Source of the DNA: a virus
Length of the DNA: 64,000 nucleotides
Virus record (IMG/VR): IMGVR_UViG_3300045131_002907
Span: 1 to 64,000 of that record
Direction: 5' to 3' (one strand)
Part shown: positions 50,690 through 59,320 of the stretch, piece by piece
How the letters are laid out: each line of letters begins with the position of its first letter
How positions within the stretch are numbered: position 1 is the stretch's first letter
Translations under genes and position numbers: made by a program
Notes under the pieces: model-generated
The model's input: only the letters and a program-made list of their open reading frames with translations
What the model was told of the DNA's origin: nothing
The model's database searches: none

Positions 50690-52665
50690 CGATCCGTGGA
50701 TTCCACGGTGCCATCAGAGGCCTCAATAGCCCGCATCTTATGCCAGGCCTGCGCGGTATCCGGCCACTTCCGGCAGTGATGGTATAGTGCCATGACTGCA
50801 AAGTTCACGGCATGTACGAAGTCGTCATGCCGCTTGGATATTCTGTGTACTAAGCGTAAGGCTTGACCTCTTGGGTTATCACGGACCTCCTCGAAGATTG
50901 ACAGGAAGTCGTTCATCAAGGGGACCATGGGGCCTTCATAGGCCGCGAACTTAACCTTACCACACTTGATGAGTTCGCAGAGCATGAGAAGGCTTCGGGC
51001 CTTATCGAGGGCCCAGTAATCACGGACCCCGGTTTCACCCGCAGGTGTATAGCTGACCACGTTTTTATTGGGGCATGACATATAAGTGAATGGGCACAGC
51101 ATGTCAGTAGGCCAACCCATGTGGGTCAGAATACTCTCGTGAACATTACCGGCACCACCGTAGTCATGCGCGATATAGTTGACCCCCGCGGTCACCGCGG
51201 CTTCCTTGACCATGGAGGCCTCAGCGAAGTGATCGGCGGCGTAGGGCACCGCGTATCCCCAGGACACCGTCACTGTACCATCAGCGGTGATCCCGGCGAG
51301 GGCCAGCGCAGTGTTCGAGATGAACTCATCGGCGTCTGTGGTTTTCTCACGACCCTTGCCACCCCAGTCGACACCGAGGATGCTGGCCACCCAATTATTC
51401 TTCACGTACTGCGAGGGGCGAATGTATTTCGCGGTCCCCGCCGCGGTGAGATCCTTGATGGTCATCAGCTTCTGACCGGTATCGTAGCTCTCCCCGAGGA
51501 CTTCGTTATAGAAGATGTACTTGGGTTTGTTGCGCAGGGTATCCATGATCTTATCCCACGACAACGGCGAGTTGTAGTGCATGGGAAAGACGACCTGGGG
51601 TTCATGGTATCCCGCGAAGGTCAGCCGGCGGGATGGGAATCTATGGATGAAGTAGCCGAGCCTGGAGTCCAGGGCACCCCCACACTTCGCACACATCAGG
51701 GTGCGCACGGAGCCATCCCGGCGTCTCGTGTTATCCCCGATCATGTTGAGGAGGTCACCTTCGACGCTGCACACGTTTTCGTGCTTGCAGCCTGTTTCCT
51801 GACACGGGATGTGCCAGATGCCTTGAGATGACTGTTCCCAGTATATTTCTATTGGATTATCAAATGTTTTCGGGGTCCCCGCGTACCTCTCGAGCTTGTA
51901 CGGCGAGGCGTCCAGACAGCTCTGAATAACAGGGAGAACGTCGATGTCGAAGTCCTGACATTCATCGATCGCGATTTCGTCGGCACTGGTGCCTCTTATA
52001 CGGTCAGCTGAGTTCGCGGCATAGTTGTAGAACAGGTTACTGCCGTTGCCAAGAGTGCGCTGGAGAACCTGCTGATCTCCTCGATTATCCATGAGGCGGG
52101 ACTTCACAATGGATTCTTGCAGGAAAGGTCGAATATAGTTATTCGAGAACTTTCGGATCTGCTCGAAAAGAGGAGTCACCGAGAGCAGGTTGTAATAGGG
52201 GTGGCACGCCGCTCTGATGATGCTCCCCGCAGCCTTGTTGGTCGACTTCGAGAGCTGACGACCCGCCTTATCGATTTGCCGGCGGGGAATGTTGTGCGTG
52301 GCATACTCGTGCTCGAACAGGAAATGGGTGTTCGCGATCGAGTATGGTTTTCCCTTCAATTTGAAGATCAGAGGCAGGGCAGCCGATAAGGGCATATTAG
52401 GATTGGCTTGCCTTGCCTTGCTAAGACGTCCGAGGGCATCGTTGTAACTCGGGAGGGCGGCGTCGCCCCCGAGACTCACGTTTTCCTTGGATGCAAGTTC
52501 TACCATGGTTGACTCATGGTAAATCGGCGTGGCAGAGATGCCAGCGCCCTCACCTCCTGAGGCCGAGAGGCCACAAGGAAACTGTATGGCTCCCTTCATC
52601 AAACTGCTACTGCTCGTTGCAGTCGCATATATTTTCCTCAAGTTAGTGCTTTTAGTGCTTGCCAT
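50662..52665 (-). CDS. terL: Terminase large subunit
   Basis: Walker A-like GRQLSKST, RIRG..ADEIAIDECQD (Walker B), GTP coupling motif, FYNEVLG, nuclease GVDWGG and HDDFVHA. Start may be 52506. Confidence 0.9.
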   Translation of the reverse strand: MASTKSTNLRKIYATATSSSSLMKGAIQFPCGLSASGGEGAGISATPIYHESTMVELASKENVSLGGDAALPSYNDALGRLSKARQANPNMPLSAALPLIFKLKGKPYSIANTHFLFEHEYATHNIPRRQIDKAGRQLSKSTNKAAGSIIRAACHPYYNLLSVTPLFEQIRKFSNNYIRPFLQESIVKSRLMDNRGDQQVLQRTLGNGSNLFYNYAANSADRIRGTSADEIAIDECQDFDIDVLPVIQSCLDASPYKLERYAGTPKTFDNPIEIYWEQSSQGIWHIPCQETGCKHENVCSVEGDLLNMIGDNTRRRDGSVRTLMCAKCGGALDSRLGYFIHRFPSRRLTFAGYHEPQVVFPMHYNSPLSWDKIMDTLRNKPKYIFYNEVLGESYDTGQKLMTIKDLTAAGTAKYIRPSQYVKNNWVASILGVDWGGKGREKTTDADEFISNTALALAGITADGTVTVSWGYAVPYAADHFAEASMVKEAAVTAGVNYIAHDYGGAGNVHESILTHMGWPTDMLCPFTYMSCPNKNVVSYTPAGETGVRDYWALDKARSLLMLCELIKCGKVKFAAYEGPMVPLMNDFLSIFEEVRDNPRGQALRLVHRISKRHDDFVHAVNFAVMALYHHCRKWPDTAQAWHKMRAIEASDGTVESTDRQWLPDDVR

Positions 52666-52984
52666 ATGTATGATCGTATGGGCGCTAAGAGGCTTTCGTG
52701 GTCATCCCTGGAAGGGTTAGGACCCCCAGTCGACTCGCTGATGCCGTACTCGGCGAGTCGATCCCAGATTTTATCAACAACCCAGGGAGTACACCTCCCT
52801 GGCCCAAAAGTCTCAACGCTGTAGACTGTTTCCATGTACTTATCACAGAGTCCCCGTGCGGTACTCCACCGCGCCTATCCCACCCCGAGATATCGGTCCC
52901 CGCTCTCAGATCCCACTGTGGCGTCCACGGATCGCATCCGGACCCCAAACCTGGTCTGTCGCCTGGACCCCAAAGGACGACTTG

Positions 52985-53896
52985 ATGAAACCGCAACCAC
53001 CAACCTGGGGGGCACGCAAGCACCAAAAGGGTGAGCGGAGCTCCGAGAAGAACAACCCCGAGAATGACTGTCTGCCCCTAGAGGATCCTCTAGGGGTTTA
53101 TTATGACCTCGCCGTGGACATGATTGGTAACCACCACGAAAACCTCACCCGTGAGTTCCTACGCGGGTTCTGCGCTATGCAGCAAGCCTTCAATGCCCGT
53201 GCCTTCGGCGACGTCACCAAAAAGCATTGTAGAGGCATCCATATCCTCCATGACGCCGACACCGAGGGCTATTGTCGCCACCCCCTGTGTCCGTCGTGCT
53301 GGCTCAAAAGGGAACTCGTGATCCGGGATGTCCTCACCAAGACCCCGGCGCCTCCGCGGTGGATCTACCGGGAGTCCAGCACGTTCCCATTGCGCGAGTT
53401 CGACTCCAGGGATGCCGATAAGGTCTGGGAGGCATTTCGGGCTCGCTATGTCCGCAGCCTCACCCCTTTGGTGTGGTCACTGGAGATCACCCAATTGGAG
53501 GAGGGCTACTCGGCTCCTGTGACCTACGATGAACTCACCAACCTTGGGTTCAGGTACCGTGGTATCTTCGCGGATTCCGGAGGGGGTAGATACAAGTCGA
53601 TCCCAGTGATGTGTTCGGAGTCCGGGGTAGTCCCGACTCCAATCGGGAACTACGGCTTCATCTTTGATACCCCCTGTAAGGACTCCGAGATGCTAACCGA
53701 GTGGAGGGAGCACGTGATGTCCCCAGTGAAAGTGATCAGTAATTTTATGCACCACGCCGCACTCCCCGAGATTCCTAAAAGGGTGCACATGGGAAGGCAG
53801 TTCTACGCGCTCTCCATGAAGGAGAAGAAACCCCAAAGTGTTGAAATCTTAGACACCGGAGGGGTAGAATCTCCTGAAGTTCCAGTTGTTCACTAA
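52985..53896 (+). CDS. Zn-finger protein resembling a degenerate rolling-circle Rep (pC194/Rep_1-like)
   Basis: HC...CRHPLCPSC, VWEAFR and WSLEIT; the expected HUH position reads FRYRG. Confidence 0.45.
   Translation: MKPQPPTWGARKHQKGERSSEKNNPENDCLPLEDPLGVYYDLAVDMIGNHHENLTREFLRGFCAMQQAFNARAFGDVTKKHCRGIHILHDADTEGYCRHPLCPSCWLKRELVIRDVLTKTPAPPRWIYRESSTFPLREFDSRDADKVWEAFRARYVRSLTPLVWSLEITQLEEGYSAPVTYDELTNLGFRYRGIFADSGGGRYKSIPVMCSESGVVPTPIGNYGFIFDTPCKDSEMLTEWREHVMSPVKVISNFMHHAALPEIPKRVHMGRQFYALSMKEKKPQSVEILDTGGVESPEVPVVH
53841..53870 (+). promoter_or_regulatory. Sigma70-like promoter TTGAAA-N18-TAGAAT
   Basis: At the 3' end of the Rep-like gene, pointing into the large hairpin. Confidence 0.45.
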
Positions 53897-53920
53897 GGTG
53901 AACAAAATGTTCTCAAGACT

Positions 53921-54163
53921 TGAAAAGCATCACATACGGTCCTTTAATATCTTTAACCGCCAGATAGCCAACAGCCGGACATCCGCGCCCGCTGCGCGTG
54001 GCGCCACCACCGGTGGAGGCCGTGATGTCGAAATCCTCGACGTGTGAATCTCACTGATCTGGGTCGTCACCATCGCCACCTCCGGTGGTGTCGGCGCCAC
54101 GGTTGGTGGGCTGTTGGCTGTTGGAAGTTAGATATATTAAAGGACCATATGTGATGCTTTTCA
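53921..54163. repeat. ~243-nt rod-like imperfect inverted repeat
   Basis: Outer arms 29/30 complementary (53921-50 vs 54134-63). Nested arms: agccaacagcc/ggctgttggct, gtggcgcc/ggcgccac, accaccgg/ccggtggt. Confidence 0.92.
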
Positions 54164-54195
54164 GTTTAACCATCTACTAGACAAGGAGTTCCATA

Positions 54196-55326
54196 ATGAA
54201 GCCTTCTACCATCGCCTTTATTGGGGATTTACACCTCTCGTTCACGATCTGGGAGTCTCGAAGAGAGATCACAGGTGACAGTGATCTCGGACTTTCCCAG
54301 ATCCTGGAGGTATGCAAGTCTCGGGATATCCGGGACCTCATCCTACCCGGTGATATCTTTGATTCTCCGGATCCTCATCCCGCCTTGGTCTACAAGTTCA
54401 GGGACTTCGTGGAGCGTGCTCGGGAGCAGGGGACATCAGTCTCCTTCATCCAGGGTAACCATGACAAGCGGGTGTTGTCCTGGGGCCAAGCGGTCTCCGG
54501 TGATGCCCACTGGATCGGGGATGGTCAGCTCAGGGAGATCGCGGGTACCGCAGTACGCGCCTTCGATTACACCTCACGAGATGATCTCGCCGCCAAGCTC
54601 GCCGAGGTGGGTTCCAATGGGGTCCCCAGCGACGTCATCGTCATGCACCAGGCGTGTAAGCAGTACCTGGATATCGAGGGTTGCTGGAGCCTGGATCTCG
54701 ACTGGGTCCCCGAGTTAGCCGGCGACATCGTGATGTCCGATATTCATGAGCCCTGGGGATATCCCCGATACGTGGCTCGATGGGCGGGCTACACCGGTGC
54801 GATGACCACGAGATCCATCAATGAGGCCAGGCATCCCAAGTCCGTGTTGCTTCGGCATCCCGGCGGTGTCTTTGAACGCGTCCCGATACTGTCTCGTGCG
54901 ATCACCCAGTTCGCGGTGACCGCGGATAACATCGAAGGCTTGATGCCCTCGATTCGGGATTTCATTGCCTACGCGGGTTCCATTCAGGACCTCACCAGGT
55001 TGCCTGGTGTCATCTACGTCACCTACGACAACTCAATTGTCTCCGCACCGGAGATCATCGCGGACACCATCAAGGCCGCGAAGTCAGATGTCTTCGTGGT
55101 CCCCAAGTTCACGGGATCCCAGAAGGCCGCGATCACCTTTGATCCCAGTGTGGCCGCCGAAGGCGTCCCCGAGATCACCACCTTCGTGTCTGGATTCTTG
55201 AAGCCCGAAGATGACCCCCGCGCCCATGGTCTCGCCCTCGATCTCCTCGATGGCACCCAAGGCAAAGAAGGCATCGTCGCCAAGATTGAATCCGCACGCC
55301 AACGCTTCCTCCAGGAGGTCCAATGA
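54196..55326 (+). CDS. Mre11/SbcD (gp47-like) metallophosphoesterase nuclease
   Basis: GDLH, GDIFD, GNHD, MHQ and SDIH motifs; SD aaggag. Confidence 0.85.
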   Translation: MKPSTIAFIGDLHLSFTIWESRREITGDSDLGLSQILEVCKSRDIRDLILPGDIFDSPDPHPALVYKFRDFVERAREQGTSVSFIQGNHDKRVLSWGQAVSGDAHWIGDGQLREIAGTAVRAFDYTSRDDLAAKLAEVGSNGVPSDVIVMHQACKQYLDIEGCWSLDLDWVPELAGDIVMSDIHEPWGYPRYVARWAGYTGAMTTRSINEARHPKSVLLRHPGGVFERVPILSRAITQFAVTADNIEGLMPSIRDFIAYAGSIQDLTRLPGVIYVTYDNSIVSAPEIIADTIKAAKSDVFVVPKFTGSQKAAITFDPSVAAEGVPEITTFVSGFLKPEDDPRAHGLALDLLDGTQGKEGIVAKIESARQRFLQEVQ

Positions 55327-55640
55327 AATCTGCATTCACCCTTATCGAGATCTTGATCGTAATCGCGGTTATCGCTGTTCTTGGTGTGATGCTTATCCCA
55401 GTGATACACGGGGCGGTGTCATCAAAACCAAAATCTAAAGTGGCCCTGGTTCCCGAGGAGTCCACTCGTTTCGTAGAAACACAGGTGACCCCATCAGGCT
55501 TCGGTTACCCCAACCCGGTATATCTCCTCCGGGATACCAAGACAGGGCAGGAATGGTTGCGAGCCCATCAATACGGGTTCGCGCAGGTCTCCCCCAGTGC
55601 ATCCACCCCCTTACGCTGTGAAGCCGAGGTCCCCCGATGA
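55323..55640 (+). CDS. Prepilin-type N-terminal cleavage/methylation domain protein
   Basis: MKSA-FTLIEILIVIAVIAVLGVMLIP is a class III signal peptide with Glu at +5. Confidence 0.85.
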   Translation: MKSAFTLIEILIVIAVIAVLGVMLIPVIHGAVSSKPKSKVALVPEESTRFVETQVTPSGFGYPNPVYLLRDTKTGQEWLRAHQYGFAQVSPSASTPLRCEAEVPR

Positions 55641-56470
55641 ACGATGACTCACGTTTCGCTTACTTCAGACTCCCCAATGGGACCACGTTCCATCTCCCCC
55701 GGAGTGTCCTCGATCTCGCCGCAGCCCCGGCGCGGCTGCAAGTCGACTCCCTGATCACCCTCGAAGCCCTAGCCGCCGCGATCCTAGGCGTCCCCGACGT
55801 CGATTTCCTGAAGTGGGGGGATTCCCTCTCCGAGGCCTCAAACGAGCTAGAATCGAAAATGGCGAGGTCCCAGGCCCCTGTTTTGGGGGAGTCCTATGGT
55901 GACTCCGATATCGACCGGATCATGGAGGCCACTTCCGAAATCGAGGGCTACTTCTTTTTGAGTATCAATTACGACCCCGTTGGGGGTGTCTGGGATGTCA
56001 CGGTAACCCATGGCACCATGGATTGTGGTAGCAGCACCTATGGGGGTTGCGAAACTGAACTCACCGCTGCGGTGAACTCCACGCTGCGTGCCATCGCGGG
56101 TGCGCTGGAATCCGGGAAACTCAAGAAGCGCCCACCTGCCCCGCCATTCCAGAAACCGCTTGAGATCTGGGGGTACCCCTTGGGTTCCCGGGTCTGGATT
56201 GACACCGTGCATGGCTGGCGTCTGGGTAAGCTCGATGTTGAACCCGCGTGTTCCTATAAGGAGGAGCCCTGCAGTGCCGTGGTTCGCATGGATCACGGTG
56301 AGCGCAGTTCGGATTGTATTTCTGTGTTCCCACGTTCGCCACGTGATATCAAACCCGCGCTGTGCCGGGCGTGTGGGGGCCCCCAGTTCTGGACACCATC
56401 GGGGTATTCCTGCAAGAACGGCGATGGCGGCGAGATCTCCTTGCCCCATGACCAAACCAGTATCCAATAA
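55637..56470 (+). CDS. Hypothetical protein
   Basis: ATGA coupling; C-terminal CRAC motif. Confidence 0.65.
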   Translation: MNDDSRFAYFRLPNGTTFHLPRSVLDLAAAPARLQVDSLITLEALAAAILGVPDVDFLKWGDSLSEASNELESKMARSQAPVLGESYGDSDIDRIMEATSEIEGYFFLSINYDPVGGVWDVTVTHGTMDCGSSTYGGCETELTAAVNSTLRAIAGALESGKLKKRPPAPPFQKPLEIWGYPLGSRVWIDTVHGWRLGKLDVEPACSYKEEPCSAVVRMDHGERSSDCISVFPRSPRDIKPALCRACGGPQFWTPSGYSCKNGDGGEISLPHDQTSIQ

Positions 56471-56497
56471 ACCCTGAATCCTGAAAGGATTAACGTC

Positions 56498-56968
56498 ATG
56501 GGCAAAATCAGTTCACCTGTTGAAGCCATCAAGAAGGTTCAGTTCTTTAGGTTCCCGCGCCACCCCATCCAGGCCCGCATCGCCCGTGCCGGGGATGTTG
56601 TAGTCGCGCTCTCGAAGTCCGGGAGGGTCTACACCAATGTGGCCCCGCTGTCGACGTGGGTGTACTGCGATGGCTGCGAGGACTGGGCGCCGGATCTTTT
56701 CGAGTGCATGCGTGCCCTGGATCTCCTGACCCCAGCGGACATCGAGCGCCACACCCGGTACGTCGAAGCCGAGAGCCGTCTTCAGAAGGCGATCTCCTGG
56801 CTGGGGGATACCAGGCGCTGGGCGGGTCACCACGTTTTCAAAACCTCTCTGAAGAAACGCCTCAAGGTCTGGGATTCCCTGGATCCCTGGGGTCAGGAGA
56901 AGGCGGCGCGGTACGGTTACATGCCTGAGGGGGCTGTCCAGAAACCTTTACCGAAAGGGGGTGCGTAA
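56498..56968 (+). CDS. Hypothetical protein
   Basis: SD aaagga; operon position. Confidence 0.65.
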   Translation: MGKISSPVEAIKKVQFFRFPRHPIQARIARAGDVVVALSKSGRVYTNVAPLSTWVYCDGCEDWAPDLFECMRALDLLTPADIERHTRYVEAESRLQKAISWLGDTRRWAGHHVFKTSLKKRLKVWDSLDPWGQEKAARYGYMPEGAVQKPLPKGGA

Positions 56969-57303
56969 TGGGGGCTGCATTCAAAACAGTAAGTGAGGTC
57001 CGCGCCGCCAACATCGCCGCTGGAGGTTGTTTCTTTAGCCGGCCGAACATGTTACACGTTGGCGACACCCTGAGGTCCTTCGCGCTGTGGCGGGATCCTC
57101 AGGGGGAACTCTATCTCTACCGGAAGCCTTCTGCAATCGTAAAGGGGGCTAGTTGCAGGGATGACGAACCCCAGGTACGCCAAGTCGGGTTTGACCCCAA
57201 GCTGGGCGCCTTTTGGCTCATTAGAAGCAGTGGGAGAATGGTTCCCATGGGTTCCGAGGCCACCAGAGAGTTCTACACCAGACTCAAGAAGGAGTCGTCA
57301 TGA
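56968..57303 (+). CDS. Hypothetical protein
   Basis: TAATG coupling. Confidence 0.65.
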   Translation: MGAAFKTVSEVRAANIAAGGCFFSRPNMLHVGDTLRSFALWRDPQGELYLYRKPSAIVKGASCRDDEPQVRQVGFDPKLGAFWLIRSSGRMVPMGSEATREFYTRLKKESS

Positions 57304-57575
57304 GTCCCTTTCATCGCAACAGCACCAAGGTCCTGGTCGGGGTTGAGCCCGATGGCACCCGGGTGTACCGTCACAACAACAAGATCACTCGGGTCACCCC
57401 GGATACACGTCAGTACCCCGATGTTGGATTCTACCCACCCGGGGGTCGCGCGGCACTCTATCGGGGTCGCCAGGATCCCCGGGATACCGTTGAGTTCGCC
57501 GAGGGCGTCCGGGAACTCCGGAGTCGCGGGAAACCCGCGGGGGTCCGCCCGGGGCCACAGTCATTAACTCTCTAA
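57300..57575 (+). CDS. Hypothetical protein
   Basis: SD aaggag; ATGA coupling. Confidence 0.55.
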   Translation: MSPFHRNSTKVLVGVEPDGTRVYRHNNKITRVTPDTRQYPDVGFYPPGGRAALYRGRQDPRDTVEFAEGVRELRSRGKPAGVRPGPQSLTL

Positions 57576-57591
57576 CTTAGAAAGGCACACC

Positions 57592-58029
57592 ATGCCAGGT
57601 TACACCGCAACTTTTACAGATCGTGTAAAGCGGACATATGTAATTTACGCACCCACCCTCGCCGAAGCCAAATCGAAAATCAAAACGCTTATCAGCGATG
57701 GTGCGAAGCCAGATCATGAACAAAAATATCTTTGCAAGAGGCCAGAAATCAAACTGTCGAAGTCAGTCGAAATCTCTTCAGAGAAAAAGGATATCATTCG
57801 TCAATACCCTTTCCCACAGCTCTCCTATATTGTGAAAACGCATCTTGGGGTCAAACATCCCCCAGGGATCTTCCAGGAAGATCTTGCCCTGATGCTCATC
57901 ACTGCGATGGAACAGGGTGAAATCGATGCGGATGGTATCGACGAGGCCGTCATTGCTTTCGGGAGGTGCCACCGGGCTGTACTCAACAAGATGTCACCGG
58001 AGGATCGCGCAATTCTAGGTTTCGACTAA
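57592..58029 (+). CDS. Hypothetical protein
   Basis: SD aaagg; 145 aa. Confidence 0.65.
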   Translation: MPGYTATFTDRVKRTYVIYAPTLAEAKSKIKTLISDGAKPDHEQKYLCKRPEIKLSKSVEISSEKKDIIRQYPFPQLSYIVKTHLGVKHPPGIFQEDLALMLITAMEQGEIDADGIDEAVIAFGRCHRAVLNKMSPEDRAILGFD

Positions 58030-58065
58030 GCATTCCAACCAATGCCCTTCGTTAAAGGAGGTTCC

Positions 58066-58407
58066 ATGAAAACACGTTTTCCTAATGGTACACCTTGTTA
58101 CCTCATTGCACTGAGGCGCTCCAAGCGCGGTAAACCCTCGGGGCATGCGGTCAGGAGACTGCGCCGTGAGGTCTTCTCCGAGTTCTTTGAATACGCCAAA
58201 GAATCTGTTGTTTTCGGCCACAGTGTTGGTGCCATGGTTTTCCGACTTCGTGATGGTGTCGACCCCCGGGAAGCCCTGCGGTACTGGCCGGATCACGGGG
58301 TCTGCCCGGCCTGCTTGCACCGGGCCATCACAGCGGGGACATGCTGTTTGTGTGGTGCCGACCCCGACAAGGTGGAATCACCATACAAACCAAAGGCGGA
58401 GACATGA
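58066..58407 (+). CDS. Zn-ribbon protein, tandem paralog A
   Basis: SD aaggagg; DHGVCPAC...CCLCG. Confidence 0.7.
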   Translation: MKTRFPNGTPCYLIALRRSKRGKPSGHAVRRLRREVFSEFFEYAKESVVFGHSVGAMVFRLRDGVDPREALRYWPDHGVCPACLHRAITAGTCCLCGADPDKVESPYKPKAET

Positions 58408-58706
58408 GAGTGCCACTTTGCTACGCCGAGGCCCTGAAGCACTCGCGTACAGGGAAGCCGTCTTCTGCGGTTCTCAAGAAGCTACGCGCCGCTGCTCTCG
58501 CCGAGTTCTTTGTCTTCGACCCCATCAAGTGGGTCTACCAGCTTCGCCCCGGGGTGAAGCCCAAGGAGGCCCTCAAACGTGTCAGTGATCACGGGGTCTG
58601 CCCGCACTGCCATCTCCGCTCACTCACCACGGGGTGTTGCCTGCAATGCGGGAAACGCCCCGATGAAGTCAAGAAGCCCTACAGTGGGCCCCAGGAGATC
58701 CCATGA
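58404..58706 (+). CDS. Zn-ribbon protein, tandem paralog B
   Basis: ATGA coupling; DHGVCPHC...CCLQCG. Confidence 0.7.
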   Translation: MRVPLCYAEALKHSRTGKPSSAVLKKLRAAALAEFFVFDPIKWVYQLRPGVKPKEALKRVSDHGVCPHCHLRSLTTGCCLQCGKRPDEVKKPYSGPQEIP

Positions 58707-59173
58707 AACACTGTACACCGGCGCCATCGTTTTGCTGTGTTATCACCGAGGGTCAGCGGATTCTTCGCATGAGACCCCCGCGGCGCTCGCTCCCCAAAGC
58801 CCAGATGGATGTCGCCCTCTGGAAGAAAGCCCACCCCGATTATGTCGAACGCCGAGATGGCAGCCTACCCCGTGTTGTCGCCACGCTCACGGGGTTTATC
58901 TGGGATGTCGAGGTCCCAGACCGATTCAAGTGGACCCGCTTCGTGAAACCAACGCCAGCGGTGGTCGCCCGATATCTCTCGACATATACTCAGACCCCAC
59001 AGGCGGGTCCGTTTGGGCGTTCCCAGTACCGTCTCAAGTTGAAGCGAGTTGACTGGAGGGGTTACCTGACATGTAACAACTGGCTCATCAAGGCCTGGGT
59101 GGAGTGGCCCCTGGCAGTCGATGTCAATCTGGTGACCCCGCGAGAAATCGAGTTCATCTGTCCCGTTCTCTAA
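58703..59173 (+). CDS. Hypothetical protein, probably truncated at the C-terminus by the tnpB element
   Basis: The last codons (V L stop) come from the element end; an in-frame continuation exists at 60565-60615. Confidence 0.65.
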   Translation: MKHCTPAPSFCCVITEGQRILRMRPPRRSLPKAQMDVALWKKAHPDYVERRDGSLPRVVATLTGFIWDVEVPDRFKWTRFVKPTPAVVARYLSTYTQTPQAGPFGRSQYRLKLKRVDWRGYLTCNNWLIKAWVEWPLAVDVNLVTPREIEFICPVL

Positions 59174-59320
59174 TTAGTTACCAGAATCTCACAATTCTGG
59201 GATTTCATTAGTTCCTGGTTCATCGACGGCAGTTTCGTATTTGTCCTGCGACGAATACCAGAGCTCCCAGTCTCCCCAGGCGTTGATTCCCGCACACGTG
59301 CGGTATTGAATAGATTTAAG
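59145..59320 (-). ncRNA. Predicted omegaRNA scaffold plus flanking guide
   Basis: Stems at the tnpB 3' end (ccgcac/gtgcgg, cctgg/ccagg, gtattcgtc/gacaaatac, ccagaat/attctgg), matching known TnpB locus architecture. Boundaries approximate. Confidence 0.6.

Noticed and set aside
52586-52720. Small hydrophobic ORF (possible holin)
   Set aside because: It conflicts with the possible terminase N-terminus and with minus-strand ORF 52638..52835; I cannot tell which is real.
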